A stretch of 64,000 bases of DNA from Thermodesulfobacteriota bacterium (GCA_965216785.1 OZ244197.1:2848001-2912000), one strand, 5' to 3'; counted from the stretch's first letter, positions 49,431-63,011 are shown. Numbers and translations: made by a program. Notes: a model not told the origin generated them from the letters alone.

Positions 49431-50945
49431 TTGCGATATCTCAAACCAAAATCCGATTTACCTTTACGTCAGTATTTTTCGTTTGCCGCGGTATTTATTG
49501 TAGTTGTTGCCGCCGCTTTTTGTATGTATTTAATTGATACAACTGAAGCGTTAGCTCAAGACTCTCAGGGTTTTTCCCAAACAATAAAGGACCACACAAC
49601 ACTTGGGATTAACGTCAGACTTCGGAACGAGTACTGGAATACATTTGAGAAAAAGGGGACCGACACTGAAAGATCCTATAACTTCTTTCTCATAAGAGCA
49701 AGGGCTTTTGCAGATTTTAAATGGCAAAAATACAGAATCCATATACTCACCCAGGGAGTAAAAGCATTTGACTTCCCAAGAAACGGGGCATTCGGTCCGG
49801 GTCCCCTATACTTCAACGCGAGTGACCGGAAAACCGGTCCCGGCAACTTTCAGTTTGTAGAAGCCTTTTTCCAGTACGATGATCCCGAAGGGTTTTATTT
49901 TACGGGAGGGCGTATTCCCATTCGTGAAGGAGCCGAGGTTCTGTATAAGGACAACCCAAAGTTAAATTGGGTTATCAAAAAGAGGCTTTCAGAGCGCCTC
50001 ATCGGAACATGGGACTGGACGAACATAGGAAGAAGATTCGACGGGGCAAGCCTTGGGTATCACAACTCCACATTTGATTTTAACGCGTTCGGGTCGTGGG
50101 TAACTTTCGGCGGATTTGATTTTGATGACGGTTACTGGAAAGACCTGGATAATGTTGTGGTTGTTGGCGGATCGTTCACCATAAAAGAAGGTGTGCTCTT
50201 GGATAATACCCAGTTTAAGCTATTTAACTATTACTATTTCGATAACAGAAATGTCGCGGTTGATTTTGCCGGTGATGATTTGAAGATAGACACTATAGGG
50301 GTAAACATGGTCGGCGCTTATCCCGCGGGACCGGGGGAAATCGATCTTATGTTGTGGGGTGCGCTTCAGTTCGGGAGCTTCGGCGACCTAGACCAAAAAG
50401 CCGGAGCTTTTATAGGAGAGGTAGGATACCAGCTTACAGAAGTTCCATGGAAACCATGGCTTAGAGCGGGTATAGCATATGCCTCGGGAGACGGCGACCC
50501 GAATGACGGAGATAACGGCACTTTCTTCAATATGGTCCCTACGAATCACAAATTTTACGGCTATGTAGACGCAAACGCTTTTAGTAACCTCGTGGATACC
50601 TATTTGCAGTTCTTTTTATCCCCCCACAAGAGAATCAACCTGGCCGTAGACGGCCATCTGTTTTGGCTGGCCTCGGATGAAGAGGTCTGGATCGGCGGAT
50701 CGGGACCTTTTAACGACGCGGTTTTCGGTTACGCGTTCAGAAACCCGGTCGAAGGGAATAATATAGAGCAAGACCTTGGCGGCGAGATCGACATTGGCGC
50801 AAATATAGTCGCCTTGGACTTCCTGTCGTTTCAAGTCGGATACTCTCACTTCTTTGGTGGAGACGGCGTGAGCGTCGTATTTGATAGGGAAGATAACCTG
50901 GATTGGTTCTATGCTCAGTGCATAATCAACTTCCAGACAAAATAA
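49431..50945 (+). CDS. Alginate-export family outer-membrane beta-barrel
   Basis: RBS GAGGAGG before TTG 49431; signal ending ALA-Q; ERLIGTWDW..RRFDG, YASGDGDPND, PTNHKFYG; terminal aromatic beta strand. Confidence 0.8.
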   Translation: MRYLKPKSDLPLRQYFSFAAVFIVVVAAAFCMYLIDTTEALAQDSQGFSQTIKDHTTLGINVRLRNEYWNTFEKKGTDTERSYNFFLIRARAFADFKWQKYRIHILTQGVKAFDFPRNGAFGPGPLYFNASDRKTGPGNFQFVEAFFQYDDPEGFYFTGGRIPIREGAEVLYKDNPKLNWVIKKRLSERLIGTWDWTNIGRRFDGASLGYHNSTFDFNAFGSWVTFGGFDFDDGYWKDLDNVVVVGGSFTIKEGVLLDNTQFKLFNYYYFDNRNVAVDFAGDDLKIDTIGVNMVGAYPAGPGEIDLMLWGALQFGSFGDLDQKAGAFIGEVGYQLTEVPWKPWLRAGIAYASGDGDPNDGDNGTFFNMVPTNHKFYGYVDANAFSNLVDTYLQFFLSPHKRINLAVDGHLFWLASDEEVWIGGSGPFNDAVFGYAFRNPVEGNNIEQDLGGEIDIGANIVALDFLSFQVGYSHFFGGDGVSVVFDREDNLDWFYAQCIINFQTK

Positions 50946-50985
50946 TAGGCGGCTCGTATTTCTTAATGACAGCCCCAAGAGAAGT

Positions 50986-52368
50986 CTAAAACCTCGGATC
51001 GGGATAGTAGAACTTAAACGAGAGCGGGTCGAAATCTCCTGCGGGAGACTCGATAAAGAATTCATAGTGAGTGCGCGGCTCGTAGTTAAAATCCATCCCG
51101 TAGGTACTGCGGTTAATTATAGATATAGGGTGCGTCACAGTCTCATATTCTTCCCTATGAAGCTCCTTTCCTTCTCTCCACTGGATTAGCGTAAGGGGCT
51201 TTGTGTATATTTTATCACCGTCTTTTATGTGAACGTAAAGAGACAGATCGCCGGGCTTATTTTCGTAAGCGGCTCTTCCGAACACTGAGTAAAATACATT
51301 TAGCTCCTTACCGCTTCGGTCTTTTGTAGTAGACTCGCCCTCAAAGAAGGTCTTCTCTAGAACGATATTATGATAATCCTCTTTATCGCTCCACGAGTCT
51401 GCCATGGAGCTCTCAGCCGGCAATAAAAGAAGCAGTGAGACCAAAGCCACGCTTATGAACTTTATCCTTCCGGTAGGGCAATGATCCAGACAGCGCGAGC
51501 ACATATCGCACCTGGGGTCGTTGATCCTGGCCATCGGCGAGAGACCGAGCCAGCACTCTTCCATACACTGCATACACCCCTTTGGACAGCTGAGATCAGA
51601 ATCGTGTCTGAGGCGGAAGACCTTGAGCTTCCCGACTACGCTTAGAAAAATGCCTGTGGGGCATAAATACCTGCAGAAATAACCGGGCTTAGACAACTCA
51701 AATACAACTAAACCCAGAAACAGCGCTCCCCAAAGAGTCCAGCCACCCCATAGTAAAAAATCCGAGACCGAATGCTGAAATATCGCGGGCGGAAGTAGGT
51801 ACTGCAGCACAAGCGGATTTGTGATGACGAGCAAGAAGAGCACTATCATATACACTACCCTACCCTTTTTTTTAAACATCGTTCCGGGAGGAGCCTGCGC
51901 CTTAATTTTTCTTCCAAAAAACTTTCTCTGGATTTTGAGGTTTGTGGATACAATAAGGGACATCGGGCATATATATCCGCAGAATGCCCGTCCGAACAAT
52001 AAAGCGAGACCAAGTGCGATCAGTAATGTCGTAAGGAAAACCCAGTTCCAGGAAGCGGGCTCTAGAACGCTGTTCACAGCCTGCACCGTAATAGTGAGCG
52101 GCTCTGTGAATATTACGGGGAAAAATTTAAACGTGTACGGGCCGCCGGACACATTTTCGTAAATAGGATCGAGCGAGGACCTGAGCCAGTGATCGAACTG
52201 AATAAGAAAATCCCTGCTCCACTGTGTCGTAACAGCGGGAGAGGTGGGGTATGGATAGGGGTCCTGCCTGAATGTTCTGATCAGCTGGAACAGCGGGCTT
52301 ATGAAGAGGATCAATATAATAAATATCTGCAGAGTGCGTCTTACCCATGGGAGTGTTTTATGAGGCAT
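50986..52368 (-). CDS. NapH-like membrane ferredoxin with an extra C-terminal exported domain
   Basis: RBS AGGAGG before ATG 52368; EPL, GRAFCGYICP, FCRYLCPTG, CMQC-EEC and CDMCSRCLDHCP; then a hydrophobic helix and a ~140-aa soluble domain. Confidence 0.85.
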   Translation of the reverse strand: MPHKTLPWVRRTLQIFIILILFISPLFQLIRTFRQDPYPYPTSPAVTTQWSRDFLIQFDHWLRSSLDPIYENVSGGPYTFKFFPVIFTEPLTITVQAVNSVLEPASWNWVFLTTLLIALGLALLFGRAFCGYICPMSLIVSTNLKIQRKFFGRKIKAQAPPGTMFKKKGRVVYMIVLFLLVITNPLVLQYLLPPAIFQHSVSDFLLWGGWTLWGALFLGLVVFELSKPGYFCRYLCPTGIFLSVVGKLKVFRLRHDSDLSCPKGCMQCMEECWLGLSPMARINDPRCDMCSRCLDHCPTGRIKFISVALVSLLLLLPAESSMADSWSDKEDYHNIVLEKTFFEGESTTKDRSGKELNVFYSVFGRAAYENKPGDLSLYVHIKDGDKIYTKPLTLIQWREGKELHREEYETVTHPISIINRSTYGMDFNYEPRTHYEFFIESPAGDFDPLSFKFYYPDPRF

Positions 52369-52963
52369 AATTTTCCTCCTTTGGCAAGACGTATATCGCG
52401 GTCGGGGTTTGCGGGCAGCGCTCTTCGCACCTGCCGCACCCGATGCAGTGGTCTTCATGCACGACGGGCTTTGCCCTTGGGATAAGAGTAATGGCGCTTC
52501 CTTTCAGAGGGCAGGCGTCGTGGCAAATCCCGCATATCCTGCCGTTATAGGAAAGACAATTTGTCTCGAGCACTACAGCCGTTCCCATATCTACTTTTTC
52601 GCTGATCTCCTGAAGATCGCGTTTGATGGGCGAGAGAGCGCCAGAAGGACACACCTGAGTGCAGTTCATGCACAGATTGCATGACCTGATCCTCGTATTA
52701 AGAAACGGGGTTCCGGCGAGCCGCTCGTTCTCTGTAAAGCTGAAAAAGCGTATGCACCCGGCCTGGCACACATTGGCGCAGGCGCGGCACCTGATGCATT
52801 CCTTTACGAATTCGCGCTCGGCTTTAGCGCCCGGGGGGCGGACGTACCTGTGCGCAAGCGCTGAATCTGGGAAGAAAAAATTAAACAACCGGAAGAACTG
52901 GAAAGTGAAACTTACCAGGAGAAATGAAATGAACCATAAAAACTGGTTTCTTGTTATCTTCAA
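52358..52963 (-). CDS. NapG/MauM-like exported polyferredoxin (second copy)
   Basis: TTG start with AAGGAG RBS; TRNQFL Tat-like variant plus h-region; RPPGA; CIRCRAC, CNLCMNC, CGICHDAC and CIGCGRC. Confidence 0.88.
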   Translation of the reverse strand: MKITRNQFLWFISFLLVSFTFQFFRLFNFFFPDSALAHRYVRPPGAKAEREFVKECIRCRACANVCQAGCIRFFSFTENERLAGTPFLNTRIRSCNLCMNCTQVCPSGALSPIKRDLQEISEKVDMGTAVVLETNCLSYNGRICGICHDACPLKGSAITLIPRAKPVVHEDHCIGCGRCEERCPQTPTAIYVLPKEENYAS

Positions 52964-53156
52964 GAGACAACTCCTTAAGCTTCGTTTATCATTCAGCTCG
53001 CCACGTTATTGTCTCGATCAGTAATACTACCTGAGTTAGTGGATTAGGCTATATGCAAATAGACAATGAATAAAAAATCACGCCTAGAATGAGTAAAAGA
53101 CTTTAGAGAAAGCAGAACTGGTAAATATAAAAGTGTTCAGGAATTACCTTGAAAAT

Positions 53157-53232
53157 TGGCTCCGGAGGAGGGATTCGAACCCCCGACCTAGTGATTAACA
53201 GTCACCCGCTCTGCCAGCTGAGCTACTCCGGA
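53157..53232 (-). tRNA. tRNA-Asn (GTT)
   Basis: TCCGGAGTAGCTCAGCTGGCAGAGCGGGTGACTGTTAATCACTAGGTCGGGGGTTCGAATCCCTCCTCCGGAGCCA; 76 nt with encoded CCA. Confidence 0.97.
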
Positions 53233-53426
53233 ACCGAAAACTAAGCTCAGAACTAAGGCATTAACTTTATCCATTAGATCAGGGTGAGTCAAGGTTTTTA
53301 AGCTGCTTATTTCTATATGCTCTATTTTTACATTCATAGCTTTCATATCCGCAAATACCCTGTTGCTTAGGAATACGCAAAAACGTATACTAAACAGTAT
53401 AAATGCGTTAACCTAAGTGCTGATAT

Positions 53427-54326
53427 ATGTCAGAAAAACCCGATAAAAAAGTTAAAAAAGAAAAGAAGCAATCCAAAAACCTTCTGCCGGCACAAACAAC
53501 TTCGCTCCACCGCTATCTTGCGGAGATAAGTAATTATCCCGTGCTGAGCCGCGAGGAAGAGTACGAGCTCGCCATGAAATATAAGAATGAAGGCGACTTG
53601 GAAGCGGCCAGGAAGCTCGTAACATCGAACCTAAAATTCGTCGTGAGCGTCGCCAATGAGTACAAAAACTACGGCTTTAACACGATGGACATAATTCAGG
53701 AAGGAAACGTCGGGCTCATGCACGCCGTAAAGGGGTTCGACCCAACAAAAGGGTACCGCCTTATATCCTACGCTGTGTGGTGGATAAGGGCGTACATGCA
53801 AAACTACATAATAAAGAGCTGGAGCCTGGTAAAAGTGGGCACGACACAGGCCCAGAGAAAGCTATTCTACAAGCTTAGGTCCGCCAAGAACGAGCTTGCT
53901 AAGGAAAATCTGAGCGCCGAGGACTATAAAGAGCTTGCCGCTAAGCTCAACGTATCGGACAAGGCCGTGATCGAGATGGACCAGAGAATGGGGGGTAAGG
54001 ACCTGTCGCTGGACGCTGAGATAAAGAGCGATAACGATATGTCGCACCTTGATTTCCTGGCGGACTCGGAAGTGAACCAGGAAGACCTGCTCACAAAAAC
54101 GCAGGAATCGGAGATGGTGAGAGACGGGATGGAAGACGCGCTCGATACCCTTAAAGACAGAGAGCGCTACATCATCGAAGAGAGAGTCCTCTCGGACAAC
54201 CCTAAGACGCTCGATGAGCTCGGGACGAAGTTCAACATTTCAAGAGAAAGGGTGAGGCAGATTGAGAGCGCAGCGCTTAAAAAGATTAAGACCGTCCTTC
54301 AGGAAAAAGGAATCAGAAAAGAATAG
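53427..54326 (+). CDS. rpoH: RNA polymerase sigma factor RpoH
   Basis: DIIQEGNVGL, YAVWWI, RpoH box TTQAQRKLFYKLR and SRERVRQIE. Confidence 0.95.
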   Translation: MSEKPDKKVKKEKKQSKNLLPAQTTSLHRYLAEISNYPVLSREEEYELAMKYKNEGDLEAARKLVTSNLKFVVSVANEYKNYGFNTMDIIQEGNVGLMHAVKGFDPTKGYRLISYAVWWIRAYMQNYIIKSWSLVKVGTTQAQRKLFYKLRSAKNELAKENLSAEDYKELAAKLNVSDKAVIEMDQRMGGKDLSLDAEIKSDNDMSHLDFLADSEVNQEDLLTKTQESEMVRDGMEDALDTLKDRERYIIEERVLSDNPKTLDELGTKFNISRERVRQIESAALKKIKTVLQEKGIRKE

Positions 54327-56963
<2,637 letters not shown>

Positions 56964-57003
56964 CTATACCATTAATTACCTTTTGTATTTGTAGTAGTTA
57001 AAT

Positions 57004-58068
57004 TCAGGCCCCCTGAGCACGGGCTTTGATTTGCGCGGTTTTGGCCGGATAGCTCGCGGCAAGCTGTCCGCATGCGCCCAGAATATCCGTTCCGCGGCTC
57101 TTTCTTATCCTTACGTTTATCCCGTAGGACATTAGAATCTTTTGAAACGCTAACACACCATCCATGGAAGGCGTACGGTAGGACAGAGGCGGAGCTTCAT
57201 TAAACGGAATCAGGTTCACTTTACACCTGATACCCCGCAGCAGCTCACCCAAGTCATAGGCGTCTTTAATCGAATCGTTTACTCCTTTTAACATCACGTA
57301 TTCGAACATAAGGTCTTTTCTGGGAGGAAGCGGGAACCGCATGCATTCCTTAAGCAGCTTTTTTATCGGGTAGCGCTTATTTATGGGCATTATTTCATTT
57401 CTCAACTCGTCTCTGGGCGCGTTCAACGACACAGCCAGATTAACCGAAACCTCTTTGCCTAGCTCGCCGATCTTAGGAACGATACCCGAAGTGGATACGG
57501 TAATCCTCTTAGCTGATAATGATATGAAATTTGTGTCCATAAGAATATTAAGCGCTTTAACCAGGTTCTCGAGGTTATCCAGAGGCTCTCCCATTCCCAT
57601 GAATACGATATTAGTAACGCCGTCCCCGCAGTAGCGGTTGGCAAGAATGTACTGATCGACGATCTCAGAGGGGCTGAGGTTTCTTATCTTGCCTACCGTG
57701 CCTGTCAGGCAGAATTTACATGCAAGCGCGCACCCTACCTGAGAGGAGATACAGAGCGTATTCCTCGTCTTCTCGGGTATCAAAACCGACTCTATGCGCT
57801 TTCCGTCCCAAAGCTCAAAAAGGAATTTCCTGGTGCCGTCCGTTGAGACCTGCTCGTCCGAAAGCTCGAGCGCGCAGTCAAGAGTGAAGTTTTCTTTGAG
57901 AACCTCCCTTAGCTCTTTTGACAGATCGGTCATATCGTCAAAAGAGGAGGCGTCCTTTTGGTAGAGCCATTTTCCGATCTGGCGCGAGCGGTAAGGCTCG
58001 AGACCTTTTGACTCAATAAATTCCTCGATATCCTTAGGACTTAGGTCTTTTATATTTACTTTATCCAT
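57004..58068 (-). CDS. rlmN: 23S rRNA/tRNA m2A methyltransferase RlmN
   Basis: CISSQVGCALACKFC, VFMGMGEP, NLIPFN and GACGQL. Confidence 0.97.
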   Translation of the reverse strand: MDKVNIKDLSPKDIEEFIESKGLEPYRSRQIGKWLYQKDASSFDDMTDLSKELREVLKENFTLDCALELSDEQVSTDGTRKFLFELWDGKRIESVLIPEKTRNTLCISSQVGCALACKFCLTGTVGKIRNLSPSEIVDQYILANRYCGDGVTNIVFMGMGEPLDNLENLVKALNILMDTNFISLSAKRITVSTSGIVPKIGELGKEVSVNLAVSLNAPRDELRNEIMPINKRYPIKKLLKECMRFPLPPRKDLMFEYVMLKGVNDSIKDAYDLGELLRGIRCKVNLIPFNEAPPLSYRTPSMDGVLAFQKILMSYGINVRIRKSRGTDILGACGQLAASYPAKTAQIKARAQGA

Positions 58069-58228
58069 TTCAATACAACCCTGTATTTATAAACAGTTAA
58101 TGATACAGGCGGTATATATATTATACAATAGCGCGGGAGAGCCGCATGTGAGTCAAAGTAAGCGCAGTTTATTCAGAAGGCAAATCCGAGTTTAAGATGA
58201 TACCACACAGAAACTATAGGTAATTATA

Positions 58229-59230
58229 TCAGGCGTTTTTATTGTCTTTTGAGACCCGGGCCACGAGCTCTGTAAACTCTTGCAGCTCTCTTCTGACTTC
58301 GACTATTTCAGCGTGGAGCTTTTCACGCCGTTTCCCGCTCGATTTGTAGTAAGAAGTTTTTCGGAGCGAGAGGCGGCTTACGAGCATGAGGAACTTTTCT
58401 TTATTTAGATACTCAGGGAACCAGCCGCTTTTTTTCATAGCGCCGTAAGACATCAGAATTTTTTTGTAATCCTCGGGTAGAACGCCCAGGTCAAACTCTT
58501 CTCCCAGCACACTTTCTCTTTGCTTCCGCTCCCCGCGTATGCCGAATACGAATATTATAAAAATAATAACCACATAGACGATGAGAAGTAATACAGCAGT
58601 GCCCCAGCCCTCGGCGCTTCCCGTCGTAACAAGATAATTCCAGCTGCTGTGGAGAAGAACCGCGAGGATATAGGAGCCTAGAACATACATTACCGCTTTT
58701 ACTCCGTGCTCCTTTAGCTTACTTATACCGGCTCCGAAAGTTGCGCTTGCCGCGCAGTGCATATTCGCCGTGAGCATGCTCCGTATGAATATGAGACTTA
58801 GCCACTCATAACCCGGGTCATAACCGGCATATTGAGTGAAATACAGGAAGTTCTCTGTCATTCCGAACCCTAGTCCAGAAGCCGCGCCGTAAACGAGGCC
58901 GTCGGTTACGTTGTCGAAATTTCTGTATCTGAGAAGGAAGAACACTATGAGACCCTTCATGAATTCTTCCACAACCGGGGCAACCACCACAGCTCCGGCA
59001 TCTAGACCCGCGTCGTAAGCAGTATAAATAGCCTCCTGAAACAAGTTTATGCTAAACGTGGAAGCTATTATAGAAAGCCCTATAGCGCCGAATCCGCCCC
59101 ACAGAAACGCCGCCAGAACGAACCTTAGGGGCTCACGGTCATAACGGTCTACCCACCATATGAAATAGAGCATGGCAACCATTGGAGCGACCGCCATTAC
59201 TAACGATACATACAGGATTACATGATCCAT
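58229..59230 (-). CDS. PrsW family intramembrane metalloprotease
   Basis: DRYDREP, APVVEEFMKG, GLGFGMTEN, MH and LHSSWN. Confidence 0.9.
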   Translation of the reverse strand: MDHVILYVSLVMAVAPMVAMLYFIWWVDRYDREPLRFVLAAFLWGGFGAIGLSIIASTFSINLFQEAIYTAYDAGLDAGAVVVAPVVEEFMKGLIVFFLLRYRNFDNVTDGLVYGAASGLGFGMTENFLYFTQYAGYDPGYEWLSLIFIRSMLTANMHCAASATFGAGISKLKEHGVKAVMYVLGSYILAVLLHSSWNYLVTTGSAEGWGTAVLLLIVYVVIIFIIFVFGIRGERKQRESVLGEEFDLGVLPEDYKKILMSYGAMKKSGWFPEYLNKEKFLMLVSRLSLRKTSYYKSSGKRREKLHAEIVEVRRELQEFTELVARVSKDNKNA

Positions 59231-59366
59231 GGGCTAAAATACATAATATTCCCGATTGGGAATTAATACAAGTGCAAAAGTACGGTATTTTTAGGAAGAA
59301 TATATAAGGATTATAGCCCAGTGATTACATCTGAATTTACTGGTATATTATTCCCCGTACAATAAA

Positions 59367-61571
59367 ATGCCAGACTTAAAGACCGCCAAAGAGCACGGAC
59401 TCACAGAAGAAGAATATAATAAAATTATAGATACGCTCGGCAGGGAGCCAAACCTTACGGAGCTAGGCATACTCGCGGCCATGTGGAGTGAGCACTGCTC
59501 CTATAAAAGCTCTAAAATACATCTGAAAACACTGCCCACAGAGGGTGAGCAGGTTATCCAAGGCCCCGGGGAAAACGCCGGGATCGTGGACATAGGTGAG
59601 GGTCTCTGCGCGGTGTTTAAGATGGAGAGCCACAACCACCCCTCTTTTATCGAGCCTTATCAGGGAGCGGCTACGGGAGTGGGCGGTATTCTAAGAGATA
59701 TATTCACAATGGGCGCGCGCCCTGTAGCACTGCTCGATTCGCTAAGGTTCGGAGACCCTTCGCTTCCAAAAACAAAGTTCCTGGTAGACGGCGTTGTAGC
59801 CGGAATTGCGGGTTACGGAAACTGTATAGGCATACCCACCATCGGGGGTGAAGTGTATTTTGACAAATGCTACGATGGAAACCCTCTTGTAAACGTGTTC
59901 GCGCTCGGAATTGCAAAAACCGACGGGATATTCAAAGGCTACGCCGAGGGCGTTGGGAACCCGGTGATCTATGTGGGTTCTAAAACCGGACGGGACGGTA
60001 TACACGGCGCTGTGATGGCATCGGAAACTTTTACAAAAGAAGCCGAGGAGAAGAGACCCGCCGTTCAGGTGGGAGACCCATTTACGGAGAAATTACTGCT
60101 CGAAGCGTGCCTCGAGCTATTCAAGACAGACGCCGTTGTAGGAATTCAGGACATGGGGGCCGCGGGACTTACTTCTTCTTCCACAGAGATGGCAGAGCGC
60201 GCGGGGACCGGGATTACGATCGATATTGACAAAGTACCCCGGCGGGAAGAGTCGATGAGCGCTTATGAGGTAATGCTCTCGGAATCGCAGGAGCGCATGC
60301 TCATGGTGCTTAAAAGAGGTAAAGAAGAGGTAGCCGAGAGGATATTCAAGAAATGGGAACTCGATTTTAGCGTCATTGGAGAGGTTACTGACGACAGCTC
60401 ACTTAAATTGACAGAAAAGGGCGAGCTCGTATGCGATATACCCATAAGTCTCATCGCCGAAGAAGCGCCTCTTTATGATAGGCCATGGAGCGAGCCGGCA
60501 TATCAGAGCGGACTTAACGTCCTTAATACGTCTGACATACCAATACCGGGAGATTTGGGAGGAGTACTCCTCACTCTTCTTTCATCGCCAACACTGGCGA
60601 ATAAACGCTGGATATTCGAGCAGTACGATCATATGGTAAGGACAAACACTGTAGTACTCCCGGGCGGTGACTCTTCTGTAATCAGGGTTAAGGGAACCGA
60701 TAAAGCCTTATCCATGACAGTTAACTGCAACTCTAAATACTGCTACTTGGACCCGTATTGGGGAGCGGCCATTGCTGTTGCGGAATGTGCCAGAAACTTA
60801 GCGGTATCCGGCGCAAGACCCCTTGCGATCACAGATTGTCTTAACTTTGGGAGCCCCGAGAAGCCGGGCGTGATGTGGCAGTTTAAGCGGGCGATTGAAG
60901 GAATGAGTGAAGCGGTGGAAAAATTCAACACGCCGGTTGTGAGCGGCAACGTCAGTTTTTACAATGAAACAGAGGAAAAGGCAATCTACCCGACCCCTAC
61001 AATAGGCATGGTCGGACTCATTGAAAACATAAATAATATGGTAACCCCGTGGTTTAAGAATGAGGGGGATATAATAGTACTGCTGGGAGAGACAAAAGAG
61101 GAACTTGGCGGCAGCGAGTACTTGGAAAAAATTCACGGCAAGGTATGCGGCACTGCTCCAGAGCTTGTGTTCGATTCGGAAATAAAACTGATTGAAACCT
61201 TACTTAAAGCTTCGGGAAAAGGTATACTACACTCTGCACATGATCTATCTGAAGGCGGCCTTGCAATAGCACTTACAGAATCATGCTTCTCACCACAAGG
61301 CAATATTGGTGTTAAAATTTATATACCCATTGATATGAGAGAGGATGCTCTTTTGTTTTCTGAATCACAGTCAAGAGCGATTGTCTCTTTGGATGAAGGA
61401 AACATTGAAAGTCTTAAGGGTATTGCGCAAGAACTCGGCCTTACCGCAAATGTTATCGGCAAGGTCGGAGGCGATAAAATACATATCGAGGACTTAGTGA
61501 ATATATCTCTTGACGAAGCCTTTAGTGCATGGAATACGGGTTTCGAAAATATACTCAAAAGCTATGCCTAA
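59367..61571 (+). CDS. purL: FGAM synthase subunit PurL (small form)
   Basis: [36 protein letters not shown] and HDLSEGG. Confidence 0.98.
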   Translation: MPDLKTAKEHGLTEEEYNKIIDTLGREPNLTELGILAAMWSEHCSYKSSKIHLKTLPTEGEQVIQGPGENAGIVDIGEGLCAVFKMESHNHPSFIEPYQGAATGVGGILRDIFTMGARPVALLDSLRFGDPSLPKTKFLVDGVVAGIAGYGNCIGIPTIGGEVYFDKCYDGNPLVNVFALGIAKTDGIFKGYAEGVGNPVIYVGSKTGRDGIHGAVMASETFTKEAEEKRPAVQVGDPFTEKLLLEACLELFKTDAVVGIQDMGAAGLTSSSTEMAERAGTGITIDIDKVPRREESMSAYEVMLSESQERMLMVLKRGKEEVAERIFKKWELDFSVIGEVTDDSSLKLTEKGELVCDIPISLIAEEAPLYDRPWSEPAYQSGLNVLNTSDIPIPGDLGGVLLTLLSSPTLANKRWIFEQYDHMVRTNTVVLPGGDSSVIRVKGTDKALSMTVNCNSKYCYLDPYWGAAIAVAECARNLAVSGARPLAITDCLNFGSPEKPGVMWQFKRAIEGMSEAVEKFNTPVVSGNVSFYNETEEKAIYPTPTIGMVGLIENINNMVTPWFKNEGDIIVLLGETKEELGGSEYLEKIHGKVCGTAPELVFDSEIKLIETLLKASGKGILHSAHDLSEGGLAIALTESCFSPQGNIGVKIYIPIDMREDALLFSESQSRAIVSLDEGNIESLKGIAQELGLTANVIGKVGGDKIHIEDLVNISLDEAFSAWNTGFENILKSYA

Positions 61572-62979
61572 GCTCAAAGAAGAGTGCGGAGTTTTCGGTA
61601 TTTACGGCCACCCCGAGGCCGGAAATCTAACTTATCTCGGCCTTCACGCACTTCAGCACAGAGGACAGGAAAGCGCCGGAATTGTGACTTCGGACGGCGT
61701 TAATCTCCATAAACATAGAGACATGGGACTCGTCTCAGATATTTTCTCTGAGGATGTGCTCGCAGGACTCACAGGAGAGAACGCCATTGGGCACGTCCGT
61801 TACTCCACGACAGGATCGAGTCAGATCAAGAACATGCAGCCGATTGTTATAAACTACGTCAGGGGAGCCCTGTCTATAGCTCATAACGGGAACCTCACTA
61901 ACGCGAAGACTCTTCATGACGAGCTCGAGGGTGAGGGAGCAATATTTCAATCCACCACGGATACTGAAGTAATAGTTCACCTGATTGCGAAATCCAAAGA
62001 AGAAAAGCTTGTACAGAGAGTCATCGAAGCCCTTTCCAGATGTAAGGGAGCTTATTCCCTTATGTTCCTAACGCCTGAAATGATGATCGCGGCGAGAGAC
62101 CCTTACGGCTTCAGACCGCTTGTAATGGGCAAGATCGGGGATTCACCGGTGTTCGCATCGGAGACATGCGCGTTTGACCTGATCGAGGCTGATTTCGTAA
62201 GAGAGATCGAGCCCGGTGAGATAGTCGTAGTTGATGATAACGGAGTGGAGTCATTTAAGCCCTTCGTTGAGCAAAAGCATGCTTACTGTGTGTTCGAATA
62301 TATCTACTTTGCACGCCCGGACAGTTTTCTTACGGGAAGAAACGTATATCAGGTGAGAAAAAACCTTGGCAGACAGCTGGCACAGGAGCATCCGGCAGAT
62401 GCTGATATTGTCGTAGCTGTCCCAGATTCTGGAGTGCCATCGGCAATGGGCTTTGCAGAAGAGGCGGGGCTGCCGCTCGAGCTGGGGCTACTCCGAAGCC
62501 ACTATATGGGGAGGACATTTATCGAGCCTCAGCAGTCGATCAGAAACTTTGGGGTTAAGCTCAAACTCAACGCTATTAGGGAAGTACTTGACGGCAAGAG
62601 AGTCGTTATAGTGGATGATTCTATCGTAAGGGGAACTACGAGCAGAAAAATTGTGAAGATGATACGCGCGGCAGGCGCAAAAGAGATTCACATGAGGATA
62701 AGCTCGCCGCCGACCAAGTTCTCGTGCTACTACGGTATAGACACCCCTGTGCGCGAAGAGCTGATAGCAAACTCACTTGATGCCGATGAGATAAGAAAGT
62801 ATATAACCTCTGACTCGCTTGGGTATTTGAGCATGGACGGCGTTATGAAAGCTGTAAACGGCTCAAAGGACGTAAACGGCAAAGAGCACTTTTGTAACGC
62901 CTGTTTTACGGGGAAATATCCGGTCGAGCTTACGGATCATAAAGCTAAGATTAATCAGCTAAAGCTCTTTGGGGAGTGA
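61564..62979 (+). CDS. purF: Amidophosphoribosyltransferase
   Basis: Short propeptide then EECGVFG; QHRGQ, GHVRYST and [10 protein letters not shown]; Fe-S Cys (CNAC). ATG 61564 overlaps the purL stop. Confidence 0.98.
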   Translation: MPKLKEECGVFGIYGHPEAGNLTYLGLHALQHRGQESAGIVTSDGVNLHKHRDMGLVSDIFSEDVLAGLTGENAIGHVRYSTTGSSQIKNMQPIVINYVRGALSIAHNGNLTNAKTLHDELEGEGAIFQSTTDTEVIVHLIAKSKEEKLVQRVIEALSRCKGAYSLMFLTPEMMIAARDPYGFRPLVMGKIGDSPVFASETCAFDLIEADFVREIEPGEIVVVDDNGVESFKPFVEQKHAYCVFEYIYFARPDSFLTGRNVYQVRKNLGRQLAQEHPADADIVVAVPDSGVPSAMGFAEEAGLPLELGLLRSHYMGRTFIEPQQSIRNFGVKLKLNAIREVLDGKRVVIVDDSIVRGTTSRKIVKMIRAAGAKEIHMRISSPPTKFSCYYGIDTPVREELIANSLDADEIRKYITSDSLGYLSMDGVMKAVNGSKDVNGKEHFCNACFTGKYPVELTDHKAKINQLKLFGE

Positions 62980-63011
62980 GCAGATATTTAATATTTTAGT
63001 TTCCGGCAAGA

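Noticed and set aside
52964-53232. Active integrative element or prophage at tRNA-Asn
   Set aside because: No integrase, transposase, phage gene or duplicated tRNA 3' end found by eye
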